A DNA stretch of 64,000 nucleotides from a bacterium (GCA_031441465.1 JANOEP010000049.1:15210-79209), one strand, 5' to 3'. Positions 28,283 through 37,344 are shown, counted from the first letter of the stretch. A program made the numbers and translations. Notes: a model not told the origin generated them from the letters alone.

Positions 28283-31200
28283 AACGACATCCCGCCGCCT
28301 GGCTGCCGGCCCTGCTGGTGCTGCTGGTCTTCGCCGCCCTGCCGGTCTTCGCCGGCGACGACGACTCGGTGGTCCCGAACGAGGATGCGCTCTGGCGCGC
28401 CGCCGGCGACACCTTCGCCCGCGACACGGACAAGAGCAACGCCCTGCAGCAGTTCCAGCTGTACCTGACCCATTACAAGAAGACCGACCGCGCGGCCCGC
28501 GCCCAGTACATGGTGGCCGAATGCTACTTCTGCAACGGCGACTACGACACGGCGCTGCGCGAGTACGCGAGGGTCGGGAAGTTCAAGGGCGGCGACCCGT
28601 ACCTTGCGGGCAGCGCGCTGCTGCGCCAGGGCGAATGCCAGTTCAACCTGGGCAAGCAGGAGCGGGCCCTGGAGACCTTCACGCAACTGCTGCAGCAGAG
28701 CACCGACAGCTTCCTCGCCGGCGAGGCCCTGTTCGCCATGGGCCAGACCCAGGCCTCGCTGCAGGACTGGCGCAGCGTGGAGAAGACCTACAAGCAGCTG
28801 CTGGCCGACCGGCCCGGCTACCAGAGGCTGCCGCAGGTGCAGTTCGTCCTGGGCCTGTTCGCCTACGTGAAGCAGGACTACGAGGGGGCCACGCAGCACT
28901 TCGAGAAGGTGGGCACGGACCTGGGCCTCTACTACCTCGGCCGCTGCCTCGAGGCTTCCGGCCAGTACATCCTGGCCGTGCAGCGCTACCGCCAGGCCCT
29001 GCGGCTCTTCCCGGACAGCCCGCTGGCCGACGACGCCGCGTTCAGCGTCGCCGAGGCTTTCTACAACAGCGACCAGAACAAGGTCGCCGCGCGCAGCTAC
29101 CGCGACTTTCTCGAAGGGTACCCCGACAGCAAGTTCGTGCCGATGGCGCGTTACAAGCAGGCCTGCGTGGACTACCGCTCCGGCGAGTACAACGAGTGCG
29201 TGCGCAAGCTCGAGGATCTCTGCAAGGATCTCGGCGGCGAGCCGATCTGCGCGCCGGCCAACTACCTGATGGGCTCGGCCTGGATGGCGCTCGGGCGGAC
29301 CAGCCACGCCATCTTCGCCTTCACCGAGGTGGTCAAGGGCTACCCGGATTCGGAACTCGCCAGCGCCGCCATGCACAAGGTCGTCTACGCCTACATCGCC
29401 GAGAAGAACTACCCCCAGTCCATCCTGATGGCACACGAGTTCATGGACATCTTCCCCGGCGATCCGCTGTCGGCCCGCGTCCAGGTGCTCCTGGGCTACG
29501 CCCACAAGGAGCTGCAGGAGTACGACCTCGCGGTGCGCGAATTCCAGAACGTGATGGACCGCCACGTCAACACCGACGCCGGCGAGCGGGCGCTGTTCCT
29601 GGCGACCGACACCTACCTGAAGCTGGAGCAGTACGACCGCCTGATCACCAACTACCACTTCATCGCCAACCGCCTGCTGCCCACGCCCAGCCCGTGGCGC
29701 GCGCGGACCTACTATCAGCTCGGCGAGGCCTACTACCACGAGGGTCTCTTCCGCGAAGCGGGCGGCATGTACCGGCTGGTGCTGACCGGCTACCCGCGCA
29801 GCGAGGTGGCGGCGGCCAGCCTGCAGGGCCTCGTCGCCAGCTACAGCCAGATCGGCGAGTACGACCTGGCCCTGGAGGAACAGGAGAAGTTCCTCTTCGA
29901 GCTGGCGAACGCCGACAGCGAAGAGGGCGGCAACTCGCTGGCCCTCGGCTCGCTCTACTTCAACCAGCACGACTACCAGAAGGCGCTGGAGGAGATCACA
30001 AAATTCCTGGAGCGCAACCCCGAAGGCCCGCAGGCCGCGGCCGCGCTGCTCAACCAGGGCGACTGCTTCTACCGCCTGCAGTACTACGAGAACGCGGTGG
30101 AGGCCTGGCGGAAGCTGGTCACGAACTTCCCGCGGGCGAGCGAAGCCGACGAGGCGCTCTACCGCCTGGCCGACACCCAATTCGGTCTGGCCCGCTTCGA
30201 AGAGGCGCGAGCCAGCTACCTGACGCTGCAGAAGCGCACGCCCGACGGCGCCCACGCCGCCGACGCCGCCTTCGGCTTGGCCAACTGCCACTACAACCAG
30301 CAGCAGGACCAGGCGGCGATCACGGCCTTCCAGGCCTTCCTCGAGGATTTCCCGGAGGACCCCCGCGTCGAGGACGCGGAACTGGGCATCCAGAGCTGCT
30401 ACTACCGCAGCGGCAAGGACATGGAGGAGTACCTGGGCACCCGTCCGGACAGCCCCCTGGCCGGGGACTATTACTGGACTAAAGGTCAAAACTTGTTTGC
30501 CGAAGGAAACTACGAGGCCGCTGCCAAGGCGTTCGAAAAAGTCACCCTGGACTACGCCGACAGCGAGAGCGCCCCGGGCGCCCTCTTCTACCTGGCCGAG
30601 AGCTACTACCGCTTGGAGCAGATGCCGATGGCGCTCGCAGGCTACCGCAGTTTCCTGAAGACGAACCCCGACCACGAGCTGGTCGGGTTGTCGCGCTTCC
30701 GCGAGGGCACCGTCCTGTACAAGACGGAGCAGTACGAGGAGGCGGCGGAAGCCTACGAGTACCTGGTCGACACCATGCCCGCCGGCGAGTACTCGCCCCT
30801 GGCCCTGTTCAACGCCGGCCTCTGCTACCAGGAACTCGAGGACTGGCCGGCCGCCATCGGCGCGCTGATCCGCTTCCAGGCGGACTACCCCGCCGACGAG
30901 CGGGCCAAGGGCCTCGCCTTCCAGATCGCCACGCTGTACCAGGACGAACTCGGCGATTTCGAGAACGCCGCGACGGCCTACCAGAAGGCGCTCGAGAAGG
31001 GCGAAGCCGGCATCGAGGAGATCGGCTACCGGCAGGGGCAGTGCTACGAGAAGCTCGACCGCATCGAGCAGGCCGTCGCCAGCTACGAGATGTCCGCCAG
31101 CGGCGCCGACGTCGCGGCCCCGCACCGCATCGCCAGCCTGGCCCAGATCGGCCAGATCAGCGAGGAGCGCGGGGACTGGAACACCGCCGTCCAGGCCTAC

Positions 31201-31293
31201 AACAGGATCGTGCAGACCAACGGCAAGCCGGAATGGACGGCGATGGCCGAGGGCCGGCTCGCCGAAATCCAGGCCATGTCCGCCGGCAACTAG
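28279..31293 (+). CDS. Large periplasmic tetratricopeptide-repeat protein (BamD/CpoB-like repeats, ~1,000 aa)
   Basis: Signal peptide; many TPRs of the form [FY]PxS..A..A.[FY]..[AG]..Y; ATGA overlap with the preceding gene. Confidence 0.85.
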   Translation: MKRHPAAWLPALLVLLVFAALPVFAGDDDSVVPNEDALWRAAGDTFARDTDKSNALQQFQLYLTHYKKTDRAARAQYMVAECYFCNGDYDTALREYARVGKFKGGDPYLAGSALLRQGECQFNLGKQERALETFTQLLQQSTDSFLAGEALFAMGQTQASLQDWRSVEKTYKQLLADRPGYQRLPQVQFVLGLFAYVKQDYEGATQHFEKVGTDLGLYYLGRCLEASGQYILAVQRYRQALRLFPDSPLADDAAFSVAEAFYNSDQNKVAARSYRDFLEGYPDSKFVPMARYKQACVDYRSGEYNECVRKLEDLCKDLGGEPICAPANYLMGSAWMALGRTSHAIFAFTEVVKGYPDSELASAAMHKVVYAYIAEKNYPQSILMAHEFMDIFPGDPLSARVQVLLGYAHKELQEYDLAVREFQNVMDRHVNTDAGERALFLATDTYLKLEQYDRLITNYHFIANRLLPTPSPWRARTYYQLGEAYYHEGLFREAGGMYRLVLTGYPRSEVAAASLQGLVASYSQIGEYDLALEEQEKFLFELANADSEEGGNSLALGSLYFNQHDYQKALEEITKFLERNPEGPQAAAALLNQGDCFYRLQYYENAVEAWRKLVTNFPRASEADEALYRLADTQFGLARFEEARASYLTLQKRTPDGAHAADAAFGLANCHYNQQQDQAAITAFQAFLEDFPEDPRVEDAELGIQSCYYRSGKDMEEYLGTRPDSPLAGDYYWTKGQNLFAEGNYEAAAKAFEKVTLDYADSESAPGALFYLAESYYRLEQMPMALAGYRSFLKTNPDHELVGLSRFREGTVLYKTEQYEEAAEAYEYLVDTMPAGEYSPLALFNAGLCYQELEDWPAAIGALIRFQADYPADERAKGLAFQIATLYQDELGDFENAATAYQKALEKGEAGIEEIGYRQGQCYEKLDRIEQAVASYEMSASGADVAAPHRIASLAQIGQISEERGDWNTAVQAYNRIVQTNGKPEWTAMAEGRLAEIQAMSAGN

Positions 31294-31323
31294 CCGGCTC
31301 AACTCAGAGAGAGGAACCTTCAC

Positions 31324-32049
31324 ATGCTGGGGATGTCGCTCACCAAAGTCATTTTCGGTTCGTGGTCGATGCTCATGCTCATCGCCTGCTCCATCGTCAC
31401 GATCGCCTACGCGATCGAGCGCGTGGTGTATTTCCACCGTTCCCGTTCCGACGTGCGGGCCTTCATGAAGGACCTCGCCGCCAGGATGAAGACCGGCGAC
31501 ATGAAGGCCGCCACCCAGTGGTGCGACCAGCAGAAGGGCGCCGCCGCCCGCGTCGTCAGCCAGTGCCTGCCGCAGGTGCACATCAACGCCTCGGAACTCA
31601 AGCAGCGCTTCGACACCGCCATCGAGATGGAGCAGGTGGAGATGGAGCGCAACCTGAGCATCCTGGGCACGATGAGCAACATCGCCCCGCTGCTGGGCCT
31701 CTTCGGCACGGTGATCGGCATCGTCCGCTCCTTCAACGACATCGGACGCACCGGCGCCGGCGGCAGCGCCGTGGTGGCCATGGGCGTCGGCGAGGCGCTG
31801 ACGGCCACGGCGGCCGGCATCTTCGTGGCCGTCATCGCCACGATCTGCTTCAACTACTGCGTGCGCCGCATCCGTACCCGCATCATCGAGCTGGAGGACG
31901 TCCGCGAGGAGTTCTTCTGCGTGCTGCGCGGCCTCGCGCGGCAGGACGGTCCCGCGTCTGCGCGCGCCAAGGCGGACAAGCACGACGTCAACGCCCTGTG
32001 CGACGCCGTCGTCACTTCGGCCCAGGAACCCGCCGCGGTCGGCCGGTAG
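31324..32049 (+). CDS. MotA/TolQ/ExbB proton-channel family protein
   Basis: APLLGLFGTVIGIV...GVGEALTATAAGIFVA. Confidence 0.92.
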   Translation: MLGMSLTKVIFGSWSMLMLIACSIVTIAYAIERVVYFHRSRSDVRAFMKDLAARMKTGDMKAATQWCDQQKGAAARVVSQCLPQVHINASELKQRFDTAIEMEQVEMERNLSILGTMSNIAPLLGLFGTVIGIVRSFNDIGRTGAGGSAVVAMGVGEALTATAAGIFVAVIATICFNYCVRRIRTRIIELEDVREEFFCVLRGLARQDGPASARAKADKHDVNALCDAVVTSAQEPAAVGR

Positions 32050-32064
32050 GAAGCGAGACCCGAC

Positions 32065-32496
32065 GTGGCACGATCCGACCGATCGCAACTGCACCAGGAG
32101 AGTTCGCCCAACATCACCCCGTTGGCGGACGTCACTACGATCCTGATCATCGTGTTCCTGATGACCATGCCGGCCATCCTCGGCAACGGCATCCAGGTCA
32201 ACGCGACGCGCGCCGAGGCCAGCGAGACCGTGGTCACCACGCGCGAGCAGCAGGACCAGGAGATGCTCATGGTGAGCGTCGCCCCCGAGGGCATCAAGAT
32301 CAACGGCGAGACGGTGGTGCTCGCGGAACTCGAGCGGCGGCTGAAGGACGCGCTCTCCACGCGCACCGACAAGACCGTCGTCATCGTGCCGAGCGACTTC
32401 GTGAAGCTCGGCGACGTGGTCGACGTCATGGACGCCGCCAAGGGCGGCGGCGCCAGCAGCCTGGCGCTCCTGAACCGCAAGGAGGGGGCGCGATGA
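32065..32496 (+). CDS. ExbD/TolR family protein (copy 1)
   Basis: PNITPLADVTTILIIVFLMT with the conserved Asp; C-term VVDVMDAAK. Confidence 0.88.
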   Translation: MARSDRSQLHQESSPNITPLADVTTILIIVFLMTMPAILGNGIQVNATRAEASETVVTTREQQDQEMLMVSVAPEGIKINGETVVLAELERRLKDALSTRTDKTVVIVPSDFVKLGDVVDVMDAAKGGGASSLALLNRKEGAR

Positions 32497-32903
32497 AGGT
32501 CTACCGCTACGAGTGCAAGACGAACGTCGCGCCGCTGATCGACGTCTCGCTGTGCATCGTCCTGACCCTGATGATGATCTCGCCGTTCCTCAACGAAACC
32601 GCCCAGGTGGTGGACCTGCCCGTGGCCCGCGCGAGCCAGATGGACGACACCGACAACACCGAGGTCATCTTCACCCTCGACGGCAAGATCTACGTGGGCG
32701 ATGAGCAGATCGCGCTCGAGGAGGTGCGGACCCGGCTGACGCCCCTGTTCGAGAACAACCCGGACGCCGTGGCGGTCATCAAGGCGGACAAGAGCCTGCT
32801 GTACGGTGATGTCGAGCGCCTCATCGCCGAGGTCGAGGGCGCCAAGGCGGCCCGCATCGCCATCTCCACCGGCAAGAAGGACACGGAGGGGGCGGAGCTA
32901 TGA
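32493..32903 (+). CDS. ExbD/TolR family protein (copy 2)
   Basis: ATG 32493 (ATGA overlap); TNVAPLIDVSLCIVLTLMM, VDLP.A, IKADKSLLYG. Confidence 0.88.
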   Translation: MKVYRYECKTNVAPLIDVSLCIVLTLMMISPFLNETAQVVDLPVARASQMDDTDNTEVIFTLDGKIYVGDEQIALEEVRTRLTPLFENNPDAVAVIKADKSLLYGDVERLIAEVEGAKAARIAISTGKKDTEGAEL

Positions 32904-34243
32904 TGATGCAGGAAATCAGTCGCCGCGCGGCGACGACGGGCGGCTTCACCGCCAGCTTCGTCATCCACGCCAGCATCATCCTGCTGCTCATGCTGATGAT
33001 GCGCGAGGGCGCCCGCAAGGCGGGCGAGGCGTTCGACGAGCTGACGGAGATCGCCTACATCGAAGCCCAGTACGGCGAGGACGTGGCCCAGAAGGTCCGC
33101 CTCAAGACGCAGCCGGTGGTCCAGCCGCAACAGGAGGCCCCGGCCGAAACGAAGCTCGACGAGGCGCCGGTCCCGCAGCCGGAGACGGCGCAGCCCGCGC
33201 TGCAGAGCCGCCCGCTGCTGCAGACCCTGCCCAACAAGCTGGCGACGCGGCCCTTGCTGCCGAGCCGGCGGGCCGCGGACGTGGACGCGCCCCGGCTGTC
33301 GACCGCCCAGCAGCGCCAGTTCCTGGACACCACTTCGCGCCAGCTGGATTCCCGGACCTTCGCCGACGCCGCGCCGCGGCTCGACACGCGCAACCTGCGG
33401 GATCCCTCGGCCATGGCGGCGGACGCGAACGCGCCGCGCCTGACGTCGAGAGAGGCGCAGGCCGCGTTCCAGGGCAACGACGTGGCGCTGGTCGGGCGCA
33501 AGAGCAGCGTGGACCTCTCCGAGGTCGACTTCGAGGTCGGGCAGGGCGGCACCTCGTCCGGCGGCGGCCGCATGGCGCTGCAGTTGGCCACCGGCGGCAG
33601 CGAGACGGGCCACGCCGGCCTGGTCGGCGGCCGTCTCGAAGAAGGCCAGACGGCCTACCAGGGTTCGGTGGCCGCGCTGGTCCAGACCGCGAAGGACAAC
33701 GAGCGGCGGGCCGCGGCCGCGATCGACGTAGCGGCTCCCGCGCGTTCCACCGAGGGCCGCACCACGCTGCTCGACTACGGCCCGGGCGGCACGACCGGCG
33801 CCACCGGCCAAGCCAGCCTGCGCGGCCGGCAGCAGGCTCCGGCCGAGGCGCCGAGCGCCGCGGCGGTGGCCCAGGCCACCGGCAAGCAGGCGGTGCAGCC
33901 GCCGACGCAACTGGCCGAGACCCAGGCCAAGGCCATGGGCGGCAAGGGCGTCTCGATGACCATCAGCGGCCAGATCAGCGACCGCAAGGTCGTCGCCAGC
34001 GCCATGCCGCTCTACAGCGAGGCGGCCCGCAAGGCCGGCTGGGAGGGCGTGGTGGCCGTGCACTTCACGGTCCTGCCCGACGGCCGGGTCAAGGACAACA
34101 TGTACTTCGATCAGACCTCGGCCCACCGCGACCTGAACCGGGCCGCGATGGACGCCGTCAAGCAGTTCCGCTTCGAGCCTCTCTCGGGCGCGGACCGTGT
34201 CGAACAGTGGGGGGTGATCACGATCGTCTTCCGCCTCAATTGA
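32900..34243 (+). CDS. TonB-family energy transducer with a long periplasmic linker
   Basis: N-term TM with SFVIH; P/A/Q-rich linker; C-term PLYSEAARKAGWEGVVAVHFTVLPDG...AAMDAVKQFRFEP. Confidence 0.88.
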   Translation: MMMQEISRRAATTGGFTASFVIHASIILLLMLMMREGARKAGEAFDELTEIAYIEAQYGEDVAQKVRLKTQPVVQPQQEAPAETKLDEAPVPQPETAQPALQSRPLLQTLPNKLATRPLLPSRRAADVDAPRLSTAQQRQFLDTTSRQLDSRTFADAAPRLDTRNLRDPSAMAADANAPRLTSREAQAAFQGNDVALVGRKSSVDLSEVDFEVGQGGTSSGGGRMALQLATGGSETGHAGLVGGRLEEGQTAYQGSVAALVQTAKDNERRAAAAIDVAAPARSTEGRTTLLDYGPGGTTGATGQASLRGRQQAPAEAPSAAAVAQATGKQAVQPPTQLAETQAKAMGGKGVSMTISGQISDRKVVASAMPLYSEAARKAGWEGVVAVHFTVLPDGRVKDNMYFDQTSAHRDLNRAAMDAVKQFRFEPLSGADRVEQWGVITIVFRLN

Positions 34244-34296
34244 GCGGAACCCCGACAACTCCATAGCCGACGAACCTGAGTCAAAGGACACACATC

Positions 34297-35235
34297 ATGA
34301 CTCGCAACGACTTCAGGGGATTGTTGACCATCGCCGCGGGCGTCTGCCTCCTGTTCGGCAGCGCTCCGGCCCCCGCCTGGACGGAACAGGAAACGGCCGC
34401 CAACCAGGGCCTGCCCGAGATGGTCGTGGAAGCCGAAAACCAGGTCCTGCAGGACATCACCAAGAGCACGTTCGAGGTCGCGCTCAGCGCCGCGATCATC
34501 GACACGTTCTTCACGGACTTCGATGAGGCGGTCCTGGTGATCAGCCCCGTCGAGGGCCTGCAACCCTTCCTGAACAACCCTCGCGACCTGCACAGCGACC
34601 AGGTCCCGCACTGCTGGCTGCGGGACCCGGCGCAGCCGCCGGTGGTGACGTTCTTCCCGGAAGACCCCGAAGGGCACCAGGCCCGCCGCTGGGCGCTGAC
34701 GGTGACCGACTTCCGGGGCGCCCCCTTCCGCCACTTCGAGGAGAAGGGCCAGCCGCCGGACCAGGTCGCCTGGGACGGCCGCGGGGACCTCAACGAGATG
34801 CTGCAGGTGGGCTACCCCTACAGTTACGTCTTCAGCGTCACCGACAAGGGCACCAACACCTACAACTACGCCGGGATCAGCTTCCGTATCCCGGCCGTGG
34901 ACTACCGCGAGAAGAACGAGCGGCGGCTCGAGTTCACCGGCGACGAGGTGTTCCAGAAGGGCGGCACGCTCCTGCGCGACAGCGGCCGCGGCTGGCTGAC
35001 CCGCGCGGCGGACCAGATCCGCCGGGACCATCCCTATTCGCCGCTGAAGGTCGTGGTGCAGGCGGAGAACAAGCTCCTGGCCCAGGACCGCGCCAAGGTC
35101 GTGGCCGAGTTCCTGGTCGGGTGCATGCTGCTCTCCGACGACTGGATCAAGGTCGAGGCCGTGGCCAAGCCCGATCTCCGCTCGGAGATGGACGGCTCGG
35201 TGAGCATCCGCGTGGAGCACGCTGCGGGAGTTTGA
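34297..35235 (+). CDS. Periplasmic protein: FlgD-like Ig domain + OmpA_C-like domain
   Basis: Signal peptide; WALTVTD...VAWDGRGD...YSYVFSVTD; then VFQKGG..L...LAQDRAKVVAEFL (OmpA-like). Confidence 0.6.
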   Translation: MTRNDFRGLLTIAAGVCLLFGSAPAPAWTEQETAANQGLPEMVVEAENQVLQDITKSTFEVALSAAIIDTFFTDFDEAVLVISPVEGLQPFLNNPRDLHSDQVPHCWLRDPAQPPVVTFFPEDPEGHQARRWALTVTDFRGAPFRHFEEKGQPPDQVAWDGRGDLNEMLQVGYPYSYVFSVTDKGTNTYNYAGISFRIPAVDYREKNERRLEFTGDEVFQKGGTLLRDSGRGWLTRAADQIRRDHPYSPLKVVVQAENKLLAQDRAKVVAEFLVGCMLLSDDWIKVEAVAKPDLRSEMDGSVSIRVEHAAGV

Positions 35236-35268
35236 GCGACACTCGCACGGCGAGCCGAACGCGAACAA

Positions 35269-35380
35269 GGGGGTGCCGCCCGCGCGGCGCCCCCGTCCAT
35301 TTGTCGATCCGGGCGCCGCACCTTCGGCGCCCGCGGCCACTTGTCGAATCCGGGCGCCGCACCTGCGGCGCCCTCGGCGT
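35269..35380. repeat. Tandem ~40-bp hairpin repeats (REP-like)
   Basis: ttgtcgatccgggcgccgcaccttcggcgcccgcggc (35301) and ttgtcgaatccgggcgccgcacctgcggcgccctcggc (35341), plus a related hairpin at 35269-35294. Confidence 0.7.
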
Positions 35381-35456
35381 CTACGGGGGTTGATTTAATC
35401 CGGTATTTGAGGGATGATGTCGGGCACACGCGCCGATCCGGGGGGAGAGGGGATCC

Positions 35457-36191
35457 ATGGACGCGACCAGCAGCTCGAAAGTCGCCGAACGACTGGCGGA
35501 CAGCCCGTTCGGCCGGAAGGTGGGGTCCGAGATCTGCGGCACCCTGCTGGACATGTCCGTGACGGTCGACTTCGAGGCCGGCGCGGTGCTCTTCGAGGAG
35601 GGGGACCCGCCGCAGGGCGTGTACTTCGTCTGCGAAGGTCAGGTCAAGCTGATCCGCTCCGGTCCCGGCTACCGCGAGCACATCGTTCATCTCGCCGAGC
35701 GGCAGGCCGTGTTCGGGGAGGCATCGCTCTTCATGGCGACCCACCCCGTGACCGCGGTCGCCCTGAAGCCGAGCACCCTGCTGCGCTTTTCCCGCGCCCC
35801 GTTTCTCGAGTACATGGCCCGCCAGCCCGTCCTGCAGGGCTACGTCCTGGAAGTCATGGCGGGCTGGCTGCAGCAGCTCATCGAGAAGATCGACGAGTTG
35901 ACCCTCTGCGGCGGCGCCCAGCGGCTGGCCCGCTACCTCGTCGGCCTCCACGAGAAGAACCCCTACGCCGGCTATGTCATCGCCGCGCAGGTGGAATTGC
36001 CGACCCGCAAGCGCGACCTCGCCACGATGCTCAACATGAACCAGCCCTCCCTGTCGCGCATCCTGCGGCAGCTCCAGGACCAGACCCTGATCGAGGTCAA
36101 GGGGCGCCGCGTCGTCCTGAAGGATCTCGAGGCGCTGCGCGGTCTGGCGCGGTTGCCAGAATTCAAGGGCGTGCACCGGGATTTCGCCTGA
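35457..36191 (+). CDS. Crp/Fnr family transcriptional regulator
   Basis: LFEEGD...YFVCEGQVKL...FGE (cNMP domain); QRLARYL; HTH DLATMLNMNQPSLSRIL. Confidence 0.9.
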   Translation: MDATSSSKVAERLADSPFGRKVGSEICGTLLDMSVTVDFEAGAVLFEEGDPPQGVYFVCEGQVKLIRSGPGYREHIVHLAERQAVFGEASLFMATHPVTAVALKPSTLLRFSRAPFLEYMARQPVLQGYVLEVMAGWLQQLIEKIDELTLCGGAQRLARYLVGLHEKNPYAGYVIAAQVELPTRKRDLATMLNMNQPSLSRILRQLQDQTLIEVKGRRVVLKDLEALRGLARLPEFKGVHRDFA

Positions 36192-36232
36192 GCCGCGTTG
36201 GAGATCCCGCCCGGCGGGGTCGGCCCGCCGTC

Positions 36233-36261
36233 TTGACATTCCAGCGTCAAAGGCCTATTCT
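36233..36261 (+). promoter_or_regulatory. Sigma70 promoter of rpsD
   Basis: TTGACA-17 bp-TATTCT. Confidence 0.75.
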
Positions 36262-36435
36262 TGCCTGTTCCGGGCCGATACGGACCTAGGTGATGGATGC
36301 GTGCGAGCGGCGCCCTGCGGGGACCGGCTCCACGCCCGCCGGCCCGCAGGTGAAGACGCCGTCAATCCATCGACGATCATCTCATGATCGCGCACGACGG
36401 CCTTCGCGAACCCGAGACGCCTTGGAGGCAGTGAC

Positions 36436-37044
36436 GTGAAGTTTACCGGATCGAAGATCAAGAAGTCCCGAGCGCTGGGCATCCCCCTGTCGCCGAAGGC
36501 CGAGCGCTACCTCGACCGCAAGCCGTACCCGCCCGGACAGCACGGCAAGCTGCAACAGATGCGTCGCCGCAAGATGTCGCCGTACAAGACCCAGCTGCTC
36601 GAGAAGCAGAAGCTGCGCGCCCAGTACAACATCCACGAGCGCCAGCTGCGCAATTACTACGCGCGGGCCTCGCGCAAGGGCGACATGGTCAACTCGCTGG
36701 TGCAGGAGCTGGAGTCGCGGCTGGACACGGTGGTCCTGCGCGGCGGTCTGGCCCGCTCGATCTACGCCGCGCGCCAGTACGTGAGCCACGGCCACATCCT
36801 GGTCGACGGCCGCAAGGTCAACATCGCCAGCTTCCGCGTGCGGCCCAACCAGGTCGTCGGCATCCGCGAGAAGAGCCGCAACCTCGACTGCATCCAGATC
36901 GCCCTGGACACGTCGCAGACCGTGCCGCCCTACCTGGAGCGCGACAAGAAGTCCATGACCGTGAAGTTCCTCTACGACCCCCCGCGGTCGGAGGTCCCTC
37001 TGATGTGCGAAGTGCCGCTGGTCATCGAGTTCTACTCGCGCTGA
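36436..37044 (+). CDS. rpsD: 30S ribosomal protein S4
   Basis: YPPGQHG, QLLEKQKL, LESRLDTVV, ARQYVSHGHILVDG, IEFYSR. Confidence 0.96.
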   Translation: MKFTGSKIKKSRALGIPLSPKAERYLDRKPYPPGQHGKLQQMRRRKMSPYKTQLLEKQKLRAQYNIHERQLRNYYARASRKGDMVNSLVQELESRLDTVVLRGGLARSIYAARQYVSHGHILVDGRKVNIASFRVRPNQVVGIREKSRNLDCIQIALDTSQTVPPYLERDKKSMTVKFLYDPPRSEVPLMCEVPLVIEFYSR

Positions 37045-37066
37045 TCCTCGACAAGATCGCCGGACG

Positions 37067-37096
37067 AGCCCGGAGCCCTGCGGCTCCGGGCTTTTT
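37067..37096 (+). terminator. Intrinsic terminator after rpsD
   Basis: GAGCCCGGAGCC-ctgc-GGCTCCGGGCTTTTT. Confidence 0.85.
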
Positions 37097-37344
37097 ACGA
37101 TGAATTGACTCCAGATATCAACAAAAAGCGAACGCCGACTGATCGAGTAAATGATTACGGATTTGTGAGTTACCGCACATTGCCTGATCGCCGGAACAGA
37201 TCCGTGCAATTAATAGTTGTGCCGTGGTTCTTAATTTTGTGTTATAGTATTGATGTTCGCCGCAGGTCTCCCCAGGACCTGGCGGGCAGAGGATCGAGCA
37301 CCGAGCACGGCGATGGTCGTCGCCGTCAGCTACCAGGAGAACCG

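Noticed and set aside
31324..34243. Standard tol-pal or exbBD-tonB iron-uptake locus
   Set aside because: There is no tolB, pal or TonB-dependent receptor in the operon, it has two ExbD copies and it is coupled to CTD cargo and a PorV-like gene, so gene symbols were withheld
35301..35380. Possible CRISPR array
   Set aside because: Only two adjacent units, no unique spacers and no cas genes in the window
35390..35404. FNR box upstream of the Crp/Fnr gene
   Set aside because: Only the TTGAT half-site is present; the ATCAA half is missing at the required spacing
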